Positions 39,289 through 50,497 are shown, numbered from the stretch's first letter. The stretch is 64,000 nt of DNA from an uncultured Methanoregulaceae archaeon (GCA_963737635.1 CAVTTL010000001.1:2176001-2240000), one strand, 5' to 3'. Notes: generated from the sequence alone by a model not told the origin. Numbers and translations are program-made.

Positions 39289-39522
39289 ATGAAAAACAGG
39301 ATTAAAGTACTCCGGGCTGAGCGAAATATGACACAGGAGCAGCTCGCAGAGCGTGCCGGAGTGACCCGGAATACGATCATCTCCATGGAGAAAGACAAAT
39401 ATTGCCCATCGTTAAAACTGGGGTACCGGATTGCGCATGTTTTCGGGGTCGGCATTGATGATGTCTTTACCTATGAAGAGGACAAGGATGGGCCATCATC
39501 AGATTCTAATGATGATACATAA
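39289..39522 (+). CDS. XRE-family HTH regulator
   Basis: MKNRIKVLR..MTQEQLA..GVTRNTI..E..Y.PSL. Confidence 0.92.
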   Translation: MKNRIKVLRAERNMTQEQLAERAGVTRNTIISMEKDKYCPSLKLGYRIAHVFGVGIDDVFTYEEDKDGPSSDSNDDT

Positions 39523-39541
39523 CATCGAAAAAACAGGTAAT

Positions 39542-40346
39542 TTAAAAGATCAGACTCGGTGAGAGGAAAGCGACGGCGGTAAATCCCGCTGCCGCGACTA
39601 CAAGACTGCTCATCAGGACGTAATCCCCGGTTGCAAACCTGCGCTCGCGGACACGGGTCCGGGTTCCCGTCCGGTATCCCCGCATATCGATAGTCAGGCC
39701 GAGCACCGTAGAACGCAGGAGCGCATTTGAGACCAGCGGGACGATTATGGGCGAGACGCTCCGGATCTTCCCGAGTACCCCGGTGCCCGGATTATAGCCC
39801 CGGGCGAGCTGTGCCTCGTGGATCCGCGTCCCCTCTATCTGGAGGGTCGGGATGAACCGGAGTGCGATAATAAACATCAGGATATAATCGACCGGCATGT
39901 GCAACCGGTCCAAAGCATGCACCAGGTCACGGGGCTGGGTTGAGATCAGGAAGAGCTGGAACGCGAAGATCAGCACGACGAACCGGAGTGCAAGGATAAT
40001 CCCGATCACGATCGCCCCGGCCGTGACTGGTATTGCCCCGCCTATCACCGGTACTCCGGCGGGAATAAGCGTGCCAATGGTCGCGCCATTGGGCATCGTG
40101 AGAATCGTGATAACGATAAACACAACACTCATGATAAGGAGAAGCCTGAGCTGCTGGATCAGTTCCCGGTGCAGATGGCTGATATACGCGATAAGAAGCA
40201 GGACCGCGACCATCAGGAGAAGGAGGGGGATGCCGGTCGCAAGGACACACATCACCGCTACGACGATGATAAAGAGGATCTTTGTAAACGGGGAGAGCCG
40301 GTGGAAGAAGCCGTCCTTGTGGACGTACCTGCAGGATCTCAGCCAT
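39542..40346 (-). CDS. ecfT: ECF transporter transmembrane T component (frameshift near 40329)
   Basis: ALRFIP..EAQLARG..DMRGY; N-terminus MAEILQ/YVHKDGFFHRL restored by removing one base. Confidence 0.85.
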
Positions 40347-41790
40347 GGGCCGGCTCCTCCACTCTCGTGTCTGATACTATTCGACCCTGGTTCATGGTGA
40401 TGATGCGGTCGGCGCAGTACCGTGCGATGTCCCGGTTATGGGTGATAACAACGACCGTATGCCCTTTCTGCTGGTGCTTCCTGAGGAGCTCAATCACAAG
40501 CCGCGCTTCTTCGCCGTCAAGGCCGGTCGTGGGCTCGTCAAGGACAATGATCTTTGGCTGCATGGCAACCACGCAGGCGATGGCAAGCCGCTGGCGCTCG
40601 CCCCGGGAAAGCCACCGGGGGTAAAGCATTTTGGTGTGCAGGAGGCCGGCATCTTCGAGTGCCGCATCGATAACGACGTCTTTGTTCCCGATGCCGAGGT
40701 TGTCAAGGCCAAAGGCGATCTCGTCCCGCACGGTATCGGCAAAGAACATGTGGTCCGGGTTCTGGAAGACCAGACCCACATCCCGGGCTAATTCGGTAAT
40801 CGTGGAGTCCCGGGTATTCCTGCCATTTATAATCACATCCCCGGTTGTCGGTGTGAGGAGGCGGTTGAACTGCCGGACAAGCGTGGTTTTGCCGGAACCG
40901 TTCTCCCCGACAATGGCAACAAATTCACCGGCACCGATACTCAAGGAAACGTCATGCAGGGCCGGCACATCACCATACGAATAGGAAAGGTTCCGGACGG
41001 CAATGACCGGGGGTGCATCAACCGGTAAAGCAGGGGAGGAACCGTGGTTCCTGATCCCGGAAAAATCCGGGATGACCATGTTTCTGATCCGTTCATCCTT
41101 GAGCTCTTCGTCGGGTGCGCCGATCGCTGAAATGGTGCCATGCTCCATCACCACAAGGGTATCAACGATTTCTTTGAATTGGTCGTATTTGTGCTCAACG
41201 ATGAGGAGGGTTTTTCCCTGACTCTTGAGGTTTGAGAGAATCTCCACGATCCGCCGGGTCGCGTGCTCGTCCAGCTCTGAGGTTGGTTCATCGAGGATCA
41301 GGACGTCGTTTCCCAGCGCAAGCGTCGCGGCAAGGGCGACACGCTGCTTCTGGCCCCCGGAGAGGTTGTGAGGGGAACGGTCTTTCAATGCCGAGAGGTA
41401 CGTAACCTCCATGATCGCGGCAAGGCGGCGTTCAATCTCGTCAGGGGCAAGACCCCGGTACTCGAGCGCGGAGAGGATCTCCTCTTCGACGGTCGTAAAG
41501 ATCATCTGCGCCTCGGCGTCGTCAAAAACGATCCCGATGGTTCTGGCGATATCGGATAAACCGGCGTAATCCGCGACGTTTTTGCCGTTGATGGTAACAA
41601 GGCCGGCTTTTTTCCCGCCGTACTCATGGGAAAGGATGCCGCACGCTGCAAGGCAGAGCGTGGTCTTTCCGGCGCCGGAAGGGCCGGTGACCATAATACA
41701 CCGGCCTTTCTCTAAAACAAGGGACAAACGGTGCAGGGCCTCCTGCACCGTGTGCGGATAGGTGTAACTGACGTCAGAGAGTTCGATCAT
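40339..41790 (-). CDS. ecfA: ECF transporter fused double ATPase (A-A')
   Basis: Two ABC domains: GPSGAGKTT/LSGGQ/DEPT and GENGSGKTT/FQNPD/LSRGE/DEPT. Confidence 0.92.
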   Translation of the reverse strand: MIELSDVSYTYPHTVQEALHRLSLVLEKGRCIMVTGPSGAGKTTLCLAACGILSHEYGGKKAGLVTINGKNVADYAGLSDIARTIGIVFDDAEAQMIFTTVEEEILSALEYRGLAPDEIERRLAAIMEVTYLSALKDRSPHNLSGGQKQRVALAATLALGNDVLILDEPTSELDEHATRRIVEILSNLKSQGKTLLIVEHKYDQFKEIVDTLVVMEHGTISAIGAPDEELKDERIRNMVIPDFSGIRNHGSSPALPVDAPPVIAVRNLSYSYGDVPALHDVSLSIGAGEFVAIVGENGSGKTTLVRQFNRLLTPTTGDVIINGRNTRDSTITELARDVGLVFQNPDHMFFADTVRDEIAFGLDNLGIGNKDVVIDAALEDAGLLHTKMLYPRWLSRGERQRLAIACVVAMQPKIIVLDEPTTGLDGEEARLVIELLRKHQQKGHTVVVITHNRDIARYCADRIITMNQGRIVSDTRVEEPAHG

Positions 41791-42314
41791 TCCGATCCTC
41801 GTACGAGCACCCTGCTTGAGGGGAGGTAGAGGATCTGGACGATAATCGCATTAAATACTGCCGTTATGACAACGATGGGGATAAAGACAATGACGAAGGC
41901 CCCGAGACTGCCGTGAAACGCGGCAAGGATGGTCGCAGTCACACAGAGGATCGCGATCGCGGCAAACGAGAAACCGCTTACGAGCGTCGCAATAAACGTG
42001 GTCACGGTTGGGGCAAGCTTTGTCCGTGACGAAAGGAGTGCATAGAGGCCAAAGCAGGTTAGTGCACCCAGCGGTTCGCTGATGAGGTTTGCCGGGGGAA
42101 ATATCGAACTGGATATGAGCATCGACAGGAGACCGGCAACGATCCCGATCCCCAGTGCCTCATAGACTTTAGGCCGGATAAGGATGATTGCAAGACAGTA
42201 GAACGCGATGATCATGTTGGGCGTCAGCGGCGTATGGAGCATTGCAAGGAAATACCGCAGGATCGCACCGACAGCAAGAAGGATGCCGACTATGGCAATA
42301 TCTTTTGACTTCAT
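41787..42314 (-). CDS. ECF S component (TrpP-like tryptophan transporter family)
   Basis: 175-aa all-hydrophobic protein; TPNMII, PANLISE; first gene of the ECF operon. Confidence 0.7.
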   Translation of the reverse strand: MKSKDIAIVGILLAVGAILRYFLAMLHTPLTPNMIIAFYCLAIILIRPKVYEALGIGIVAGLLSMLISSSIFPPANLISEPLGALTCFGLYALLSSRTKLAPTVTTFIATLVSGFSFAAIAILCVTATILAAFHGSLGAFVIVFIPIVVITAVFNAIIVQILYLPSSRVLVRGSE

Positions 42315-42338
42315 GGAACTTCACACCAGTAATATCGA

Positions 42339-42408
42339 AAGGTACTCCGCGAAAACACACGACGTGCTATCAGTATCGCCGGCAGAACGGCAATTGAGGC
42401 TATACCTT
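42339..42408 (-). promoter_or_regulatory. Structured 5' leader of the ECF operon (riboswitch candidate)
   Basis: Closing stem AAGGUA..CUC/GAG-UACCUU encloses a hairpin and a weaker second stem; TTTTAATA box about 25 nt upstream. Confidence 0.4.
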
Positions 42409-42517
42409 AATGTATAATTTTGTTCATTGATGTATTAAAATGTAACTTTATCGCTGCGAACGTTTTCCCATATCCCTTTAACCCCGTAAACGATACGCAA
42501 TATACGGAAATCCTATC

Positions 42518-43132
42518 ATGAGACTACTCATCCTGTATTATTCTCAGTTCGGCCATATCCACCGCATGGCACAGGCAGAGGCAGAAGGAGCCCGAAGCGT
42601 TCCAGGGACTGAAGTGGCACTAATGCGCGTCCCGGAAACGCTGCCGCAGGACGTACTCGAAAAGACCGGGGCCGCCGGGTTCCAGAAGGAATTTGCAAAG
42701 GTGCCGGTCTGCACACCAAGGGATATGACCGAATTCGATGCGATCATCTTTGGGACACCCACACGTTTTGGGAATATGTGCGGCCAGATGCGGCAGTTTT
42801 TTGATGCGACCGGCGGTATCTGGAAGGCAGGGGCATTGGCCGGTAAAGTCGGAAGCGTTTTTACCAGCTCGGGTACCCAGCATGGCGGCCAGGAATCAAC
42901 TATCTTAAGTGTCCACATGACCCTTCTCCACCACGGCATGATTATTGTCGGCCTGCCATACACGTTTGAAGAGCAGACCCGGAGTGATGTGGTGATGGGC
43001 TGCTCCCCGTACGGTGCATCAACCATTGCGGGAAATGACGGGAAACGGTGGCCAAGCGAACCAGAGTCTGCGGGCGCCCGGTACCAGGGACGGCACGTCG
43101 CGGAGATCGCAACGAAGCTCGCCCGGAAATAA
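42518..43132 (+). CDS. wrbA: NAD(P)H:quinone oxidoreductase WrbA
   Basis: [30 protein letters not shown]. Confidence 0.95.
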   Translation: MRLLILYYSQFGHIHRMAQAEAEGARSVPGTEVALMRVPETLPQDVLEKTGAAGFQKEFAKVPVCTPRDMTEFDAIIFGTPTRFGNMCGQMRQFFDATGGIWKAGALAGKVGSVFTSSGTQHGGQESTILSVHMTLLHHGMIIVGLPYTFEEQTRSDVVMGCSPYGASTIAGNDGKRWPSEPESAGARYQGRHVAEIATKLARK

Positions 43133-43235
43133 CGGTCTCTTTCTCAAATAAGACGAGGATGAGTTAAGCCTGTATTTTCCCAGGGAGAAGGTTCATTAGG
43201 TTTCGTTACGCTCTTTTCGTTAAGGAAGAGACACT

Positions 43236-44447
43236 ATGCCAGGCACCGCCGACCGTGACGAGATCTACTGGGAATCACTTGCGCTGCACGCACGGCATCA
43301 CGGGAAGCTGGAGATCCGGTCCAAGGTCCCGTTCAGGAACCGGTACGACCTCTCCCGCGCCTATACTCCTGGCGTAACAGAGGTCTGCCGCAGGATCGGG
43401 CAGGACAAGAACCTCGCATACCGTTATACTCTCAAAGGGAACACTATTGCAATCGTGACTGACGGTTCGGCGGTTCTTGGCCTTGGGAATATCGGCGGCC
43501 TTGCCGCCATCCCGGTGATGGAGGGAAAAGCGATCCTCTTTAAAGAATTCGCCGGGATCGACGCGTTTCCTATCTGTTTTGAGAATTACGAGACCGATTT
43601 TATCGACCAGGTAAAAAATATTGCCCCGGTCTTTGGCGGAATTAATCTCGAGGATATCGCTGCGCCCAAATGCTTCGAGGTTGAAGACGCTCTGCAGGAT
43701 ATCGGCATACCCGTCATGCATGACGACCAGCACGGCACCGCGGTGGTTGTCCTCGCCGGATTGCTGAATGCCTGCCGGGTCACCGGCCGGAGATTTGAAG
43801 ATCTCAATATTGTGGTCTGCGGGGCCGGGGCGGCGGGCTACTCTATCACCCGGCTTCTCAAGTGTATCGGTTACGATCCGCTTGTCTGCACGATGGTACG
43901 CGAGATTACGGTCTGCGACACCAGCGGGATCATCCACCGCCGTCGTGAAGGCCTCTACCAGAACAAGTACAAGTTTATCTTAAGCCAGGTGACCAACCAT
44001 GCCGGCAGACGGTTCGCTTGCCGATGCGATGGAAGGAGCGGATGCCGTTATCGGTGTCTCGAGTCCGGGGATCATCACCCAGGCGATGATCCGATCGATG
44101 AATAAGGATCCCATTGTCTTTGCGATGGCTAACCCGGTGCCGGAGATTTGGCCGGATGCAGCAACTGCAGCAGGCGCGGCTGTCGTTGGTACCGCCGCAG
44201 CGATTTTCCAAACCAGATCAACAATGTGCTCGCATTCCCGGGCATATTCCGGGGGGCGCTGGATGCGTGTGCCACCCGGATCTCCGACGAAATGAAGGTG
44301 GCTGCGGCTCATGCGATCGCCGGGTGCGTCCACAAACCGCATCGGGGACATATCCTGCCAAGCATCCTCAACAGAAACGTGACCCGGGCCGTGGCTCAGG
44401 CTGTGGCAGAGGCAGCAGAATCCTCCGGCTGCAAACGGGCAATCTGA
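43236..44447 (+). CDS. NAD(P)-dependent malic enzyme (frameshifts near 44008 and 44193)
   Basis: [38 protein letters not shown]; FAMANP.PE and SDFPNQINN in successive frames. Confidence 0.88.
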
Positions 44448-44469
44448 GCAACCTTTCTGGCTGGCAAGT

Positions 44470-44874
44470 CTATCCATAGCCGGTGATCTCGTAATCGATC
44501 CCGGTTGAATTCTTCGCACACTCTTTCCCGTGAAGAAGCACTTCGTCAACTATTTTTTTGAGGAGGGCAGGATACACCGCACCTATCATTTCCTGAACCG
44601 GCTTGCCCAAACAGAAAAATTTGAATGGGGGAGTGCTCCGCACGCCATACCGCTCGGCCGTCCACGGGTTGATAAGAATATTGAGCCGGACGAACGTGAC
44701 GGTCTCCCGGTATTCGGCCGCATAATTCCTGAAATAGGGCTCAATCTGGTGACAGAACGGGCAGATCGGACTGTAAAACATGACCGCCACGGGTTTTTTC
44801 TCTTTCTCTACAAGCGCTTCCCATGTCTGGTCTGATACTTCAGGAAGCGAGTCCGGGGATTCTGTGCCAGCCAT
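44470..44874 (-). CDS. Thioredoxin family protein
   Basis: FYSPICPFC ... YGVRSTP. Confidence 0.88.
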   Translation of the reverse strand: MAGTESPDSLPEVSDQTWEALVEKEKKPVAVMFYSPICPFCHQIEPYFRNYAAEYRETVTFVRLNILINPWTAERYGVRSTPPFKFFCLGKPVQEMIGAVYPALLKKIVDEVLLHGKECAKNSTGIDYEITGYG

Positions 44875-45160
44875 CGTGCCACCACGCATGTTGAGATGTG
44901 AAAATCCTGATGATATAGTTTATCCTGACACCGTGTCCAACCGGGACCGGTTTTCGCCAGAGAAAAGGAACAACAATGACGAAAAGTTCCTCCGATTCAA
45001 TTTTTCCTAAGAATCCGGTGGCTTATTGCTATGCTGTACCGAATTCTTTATTGTGGATTACCGGGATAGGGTACTGAATTGGCTATAGGGATTACCATAA
45101 TGCCCCGCGATACCCTCTTTTCATCCGGCCCCACAAAAGAAAGCACCGCGGTGATGTAGC

Positions 45161-47074
45161 GTGGTAAAACGGTATCTCTCCCTTATCTCCTTTGACGAGG
45201 CGCTGCGTCTCCTTAAAAGTTCGTTTGCGATTCCCGGACGAACAGAATCCATTCCGGTCACCCGGGCGCTGGGACGGGCAATTGCTACCCCTCTCTATGC
45301 CCGGTATTCGGTGCCTGAAGTCAACCTCGCGGCAATGGACGGCATCGCCGTAAAAAGCCGGGACACGTTTGGGGCAACGGATCAATGCCCGGTAACCCTT
45401 GACGATGTTGCCCGGGTCAATACCGGCAATATTCTCCCCCCAGAGTTCGATGCCGTCATCATGATCGAAGATACGTGGGAGGACAAAGGGCATTTCCAGA
45501 TCCGTAAAGCCGCAGTCCCGTGGCAGCACGTGCGGCCTGCCGGAGAAGATATCAGGGAAGGCAGGCTCGTCCTCCCGAAGGGACATGTGGTGCGGGCCTT
45601 TGATATCGGGGCGCTTGCAACCTACGGTATCGCCGAAGTGGAGGTGACATCAGCGCGGGTGGGAATTATCCCGACCGGGAGCGAACTTGTCCCCCTTGGC
45701 GTCCGGCCACAGCCCGGGCAGGTCGTGGAAAGTAATACTATCATGGCGCAGGTGCTCCTCGAATCGATGGGAGCTTCGTGCGAGCGCCTGCCGATTGTCC
45801 GCGATGAACCTGATCTTATACAGGAAGCGCTGCGCCATGCTGCAGAAAAAAACGACCTGGTCATGATCTCCGCCGGGTCGTCTGCCGGTACCCGGGATTT
45901 TACTGCGGGCGCGATCTCGGCAACCGGTGAGCTGATTTTCCACGGTGTTGCCGTCAAGCCGGGCAAGCCCATGATGCTTGGGAAGATCCACGATACGCCG
46001 GTCATCGGGTTGCCGGGCTACCCGCTCGCCGCCCAGACCGTTCTGCGGGAATTTGCCGTGCCGCTTCTCGAATATTGGGGACTTGCACCGTTCCCTACCT
46101 ATGCGGTCCGTGCACGGCTTGCGACCTCACTCTCTTCCGATCTCGGCTTTGACGAATTTGTCCCGGTATCGGTCGGGAGGATCAAGGACCAGTACTGGGG
46201 GATTGCCCGTTCCCGGGGTGCAGTCGTGCAGATGTCGACAGTCAGGTCAAACGGTTACACACATATCCCGGCACCTGTGGAAGGGTACGAAGCTGAGCAT
46301 GAACTGGAGGTCTTTTTGACAACCGACCCGGCAAACATCGAGCGAACCCTTATCTTCTCCGGTGCGATCGACCCGGTCCTTGAAGAGCTCGGAAACCTCG
46401 CCCACGACCAGGGTCTTTTCATCCACACGGCAAGCGCCGGCAACACCAGCGCGATTTTGTCGCTCATACGGAACTCCTGTCATGCCGCACCGATGAGCCT
46501 TCCGGCATTCTCCGTCATGAAAGAATGCAGGACCCTCCTGCCGTACCTGGAATCGATGGACCTGGTCTTTGTCAATATTGCGACCCAGGAGCAGGGCATC
46601 GTCTCGGTAAAAGAAGTCCGGCCTGACGCTCTTGATGCCGTCTGCTGGGTCAATTCCCGCAAGGACACTCCGGCCCGGCATCTCTTCGATGCCCTGCTCT
46701 CAGCCCATCACTTAGAGCCAACCCGGATCCGGGGCTACGATAATGAAGCGGCGACTCCGGGGGCCGTTGCCGCAGCGGTCCGGGCCGGCCAGGCCGACGC
46801 CGGGATCTGTTCGCAGGGTCTTGCAGCATCCCACGGTCTCCTGTTCTTACCGGTCGCAGAGGAACAGTACGAACTGGTAATGCGCCGGGAAATGCTTGAA
46901 GATCCCCGGATAGTCACGCTCATTGGTCTGGTGAAAAGCCCGGCCTTTAAAGCCCATCTCGACCGGTCAGGTGCCTACAGTACCACCCTGACCGGCAGGA
47001 TCCGGAGCCTTTCCTGCGACACCATTGAGATCCCGACACCTTCATCCTGCAACCCGTACGCGGGAACGGGATAA
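45161..47074 (+). CDS. moeA: Molybdopterin molybdotransferase MoeA fused to a PBP domain
   Basis: AAMDGIAV, TG.ILP..DAVIM.E, PTGSEL, SAGSS.G..D, KPGKP, GLPGYP; C-terminal PBP domain. Confidence 0.92.
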   Translation: MVKRYLSLISFDEALRLLKSSFAIPGRTESIPVTRALGRAIATPLYARYSVPEVNLAAMDGIAVKSRDTFGATDQCPVTLDDVARVNTGNILPPEFDAVIMIEDTWEDKGHFQIRKAAVPWQHVRPAGEDIREGRLVLPKGHVVRAFDIGALATYGIAEVEVTSARVGIIPTGSELVPLGVRPQPGQVVESNTIMAQVLLESMGASCERLPIVRDEPDLIQEALRHAAEKNDLVMISAGSSAGTRDFTAGAISATGELIFHGVAVKPGKPMMLGKIHDTPVIGLPGYPLAAQTVLREFAVPLLEYWGLAPFPTYAVRARLATSLSSDLGFDEFVPVSVGRIKDQYWGIARSRGAVVQMSTVRSNGYTHIPAPVEGYEAEHELEVFLTTDPANIERTLIFSGAIDPVLEELGNLAHDQGLFIHTASAGNTSAILSLIRNSCHAAPMSLPAFSVMKECRTLLPYLESMDLVFVNIATQEQGIVSVKEVRPDALDAVCWVNSRKDTPARHLFDALLSAHHLEPTRIRGYDNEAATPGAVAAAVRAGQADAGICSQGLAASHGLLFLPVAEEQYELVMRREMLEDPRIVTLIGLVKSPAFKAHLDRSGAYSTTLTGRIRSLSCDTIEIPTPSSCNPYAGTG

Positions 47075-47146
47075 CCGCTGCCATTTTATAGGGCGCTTGC
47101 GGATGTTCCTGCATGGACTTAATGCACAAGAGGACGGGTCGTTTCT

Positions 47147-48577
47147 ATGGATATGCTTATTAACGGATCGGCAGCTCCTGCGGCCGATGCAGCGTGGATC
47201 GACGTGATCAACCCGGCTACCGGCGAATCTGTCGACCGTGTCCCACGGGGATCCACAGTGGACGTGGATGCGGCGGTCGATGCGGCAGAGGAGGCATTTG
47301 GTTCATGGTCGGAAAAGACTATGAGGGACCGCGGGCTTGTCCTTTCCCGCGCCGCAGAGCTGGTACGCCGGGATCACAAGGCACTTGCAGAGATCCTTAC
47401 CCGTGAGCAGGGTAAACCGCTGCGTGAGTCGATCGATGAGGTCCGGGGATGTGCAAACATCCTCGAATACTATGCCTCTATCGCCGGGCAGCCTGCCGGT
47501 GAGACTGTGCATCTGGGTAAGGCCGGGGACTGCCTGGTAACCCGGGTCCCGCTCGGGGTGTGCGGTGCGATCATTCCCTGGAATATGCCGGTGATCATCA
47601 TGGGCTGGAAAGTGGGGCCGGCACTGCTTGCCGGAAATACCCTCGTCCTCAAGCCGGCGTCAACGACACCGCTCACGAACCTCAGGATTGCCGGGCTTAT
47701 GCAGGAAGCTGGACTGCCAGCCGGGGTACTGAATGTGGTAACCGGTCCGGGAGAGACGGTGGGAGAGGCGCTGGTACAGCACCCGAAAGTAAAAAAGATC
47801 TCCTTTACCGGGAACGGTGAAACCGGCCACCGGATACGGAAGATGGCCGGAGATCACCTCAAAACGCTCACGCTGGAACTGGGAGGGTCTGACCCGATGA
47901 TCGTGATGGCTGATGCGGATATCCCAAAGGCAGTCGAAGGAGCGCTTCGAGGCCGTTTCTATAACGCCGGCCAAGTATGCACCGCTGTTAAACGGCTGTA
48001 CCTGCACGAGAAAATTGCCGGGGAGTTCATGCGCCTGCTTACTGCCAAAGTGGAAGCCATGAAAATCGGCAATGGTCTCCTGCCGGGAACGGACATGGGG
48101 CCGCTCAACAGCCCGGGCCAGCGGGACCGGATCGCTGCGGTTGTACAGGAGGTCACCGACCGTGAGGAGGGGACAATCCTCACCGGTGGCTGTCCGTTAA
48201 CGGGGCAGGAATACGCACACGGCTTCTTCTATCATCCGACCCTGATTTCTGATGTTGCCCCGGATGCCACGGTGTTCAAAAACGAAATCTTCGGGCCGGT
48301 GCTGCCGATGATGACAGTCCCGGATCTCGGCACGGCTATCCGGGAGGCAAACCGGTCACGCTACGGTCTTGGCGCCTCGGTCTGGACGCGGGATCTCTCC
48401 ACAACAAAAGAGGTGTTCCGGAATGTCCATGCCGGGATCATCTGGGTGAACCGCCACCTCACCATCCCCCCCGAAGTGCCGTTTGGCGGGACAAACGAGA
48501 GCGGGATTGGCAGGGAAAACGGTTTTCACGCGATGGACAGTTACTCGCAGACAAAAACGCTGTTCCTGGGATGGTAA
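47147..48577 (+). CDS. Aldehyde dehydrogenase
   Basis: IIPWN, KPAS.TP, SFTG, LELGG, NAGQVC, EIFGP. Confidence 0.95.
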   Translation: MDMLINGSAAPAADAAWIDVINPATGESVDRVPRGSTVDVDAAVDAAEEAFGSWSEKTMRDRGLVLSRAAELVRRDHKALAEILTREQGKPLRESIDEVRGCANILEYYASIAGQPAGETVHLGKAGDCLVTRVPLGVCGAIIPWNMPVIIMGWKVGPALLAGNTLVLKPASTTPLTNLRIAGLMQEAGLPAGVLNVVTGPGETVGEALVQHPKVKKISFTGNGETGHRIRKMAGDHLKTLTLELGGSDPMIVMADADIPKAVEGALRGRFYNAGQVCTAVKRLYLHEKIAGEFMRLLTAKVEAMKIGNGLLPGTDMGPLNSPGQRDRIAAVVQEVTDREEGTILTGGCPLTGQEYAHGFFYHPTLISDVAPDATVFKNEIFGPVLPMMTVPDLGTAIREANRSRYGLGASVWTRDLSTTKEVFRNVHAGIIWVNRHLTIPPEVPFGGTNESGIGRENGFHAMDSYSQTKTLFLGW

Positions 48578-48592
48578 AAAGAGATTGCTTAC

Positions 48593-49654
48593 TTAAGTAC
48601 GCCTACAGAAGAGGAAAACGACGGCAATACTCCCCAGACATAGTGCCACCGGCACCGGGGCGCTTTGTGTAGTGGAAGAGATAGTGGTAGTGGCAGGTAC
48701 CGACGTAACCGGCACGCTCGTAGGACTATCTGCGGTCACCGGTGGCATGGATGGCGTAACGGTAGTAGATACGAGTGCAGGAATGCTGCAGGTCTCCCCT
48801 GAGCTGTTGCATTCGACCGTAAAAGAGGTGGATGCGGTCACAGATTGTACTATCCCAGAGACGGTCACCAGGTACTCGCCTGGCGTAAAAGAAGAGGCGT
48901 CCGTGGTAAAAGACCAGAAATTCTTCCCGCCGCTACCGGGCATCACCGTTACCATGCCTCCTGCACCGGAAAAGCCGGTCGGCTGGGTTTTTTCTGCCGG
49001 GGTATACGTGGAGGAAATAATATTGACAAGCAGGTTATCGCCTGCGGCAAGGCTTGTAGTACCGTTTATCGTAAGATTTCCGCCCTGCTGCAGATTACCG
49101 ATCGGCACGATGGAGACCGCCGGGGGACTGACCATGAAGGTAGTCAGGGCAAACGTATCGTCTATATCCTGGCTTGCTATTGCGTTTACCAGTGCGGTCG
49201 CGGAAGCCGGGCTCTGGAGACTTCCGCTGCCGGAGAACTGGTAAAGGTCCTTACCGGTCACGACATTTTTCACCATTCCCGATGAGGTATCATAGACGAC
49301 ATCGAACCTTCCGTTCTCCATGGGATGCTGGACAAGAACAAAATACTGTCCACTCGCGAGGTTCGCGGTATCCGTTCCCTGGAGGTCATATTGGTAGGTA
49401 TCGTCATTATTGACCTGCACGCTTGTGACCTTCGCAAAATTGTTTCCGATAAACCAGATCTGGAGGCCGACCTGAGGCTGGCCGGTGGCAATCCCGCTGA
49501 TATAGACGGGATCCCCTTGTGCGATGGTGGCAATCGACGATGTACTCCCAGGTGAAAGGGTGAGCGCTGTCGCGCAGGGAATGATCAATGCAACGGCAAG
49601 CAGCAGAAGGCAGGTTAACCGGTATGTATTCCCGGTAAGAGGGGAAGAGTTCAT
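48593..49654 (-). CDS. Exported surface protein (DUF3821-like) with C-terminal TM anchor
   Basis: Signal peptide; GQYFVLVQHPM.NG.FD; Ig-like repeat INGTTSLAAGD..WSF..FTPGEY; T/S linker plus TM. Confidence 0.8.
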   Translation of the reverse strand: MNSSPLTGNTYRLTCLLLLAVALIIPCATALTLSPGSTSSIATIAQGDPVYISGIATGQPQVGLQIWFIGNNFAKVTSVQVNNDDTYQYDLQGTDTANLASGQYFVLVQHPMENGRFDVVYDTSSGMVKNVVTGKDLYQFSGSGSLQSPASATALVNAIASQDIDDTFALTTFMVSPPAVSIVPIGNLQQGGNLTINGTTSLAAGDNLLVNIISSTYTPAEKTQPTGFSGAGGMVTVMPGSGGKNFWSFTTDASSFTPGEYLVTVSGIVQSVTASTSFTVECNSSGETCSIPALVSTTVTPSMPPVTADSPTSVPVTSVPATTTISSTTQSAPVPVALCLGSIAVVFLFCRRT

Positions 49655-49858
49655 GAAAAGGACTTCCTTTACTTTCGTGATATTATCCTTGTCTGGTATA
49701 TATCAGATCGTTCTGCCTTAGTGTGGCGTACTCATTAAAAAAGTCGCTTCCTTTCCTGGTTTTACGCCGGAAGACCCTCTTCTGCAAAAACGCATCGGCC
49801 CCGAACGCCGGATACAAAGAATATAAGATTTAAGGAGACGCGCCTCCAAGTACTATGC

Positions 49859-50497
49859 ATGGAAAAAGGACACATGCACCACCACGCCGACGACTTTGAC
49901 GCCCGCATTATGGCCTGCGGGGTTCCTGAGCCAATGAGAACCTACCTTTCCCGGTGCGCACAATTCCACTCGTCACCGGCACCGGGACTTCTCGTCGGCG
50001 CCTTCATGGTGGATTATGCCCTTGAACTGCTGGGTGCAAGCCCGGACGAGAAACTCTTTGCAGTCTGCGAAACGCCAAAATGCCTTCCCGATGCACCACA
50101 AGTGATCGCCCACTGTACGGCCGGCAACGGCCGGCTTAAGGTGCTCCCTATCGGCAGGTTTGCCCTGAGCCTGAACAAATCCACCGACAATCCCACAGCA
50201 GATGCGGTCAGGGTTTTTGTCGATATGGATAAGATACAGCAATTCCCGGTAATTGACCTATGGTTCTCGAACAGTCTACAATTCAATAAACATACTCAGG
50301 GAACCGATCTTCAGGAGCAGATCTTTGTCGCCGGAAGAAAGATTCTGTCCTCTGAAAAGGTGAAGGTACCAGTGACGTTCAAAGAGCCATGGAAACCGGT
50401 GGTCTGTCCATCCTGCAAAGAAACCGTGCCGGATTACCTGGTTGTCGACGGAAAATGCGGTGCCTGTGGCCCGATGAAATATTACGTGAAGACCTAA
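49859..50497 (+). CDS. fmdE: FmdE-family protein with C-terminal Zn finger
   Basis: FHSSPAPG, CET.KC.PDA.Q..CT.GN; CPSCKE..CGAC. Confidence 0.88.
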   Translation: MEKGHMHHHADDFDARIMACGVPEPMRTYLSRCAQFHSSPAPGLLVGAFMVDYALELLGASPDEKLFAVCETPKCLPDAPQVIAHCTAGNGRLKVLPIGRFALSLNKSTDNPTADAVRVFVDMDKIQQFPVIDLWFSNSLQFNKHTQGTDLQEQIFVAGRKILSSEKVKVPVTFKEPWKPVVCPSCKETVPDYLVVDGKCGACGPMKYYVKT

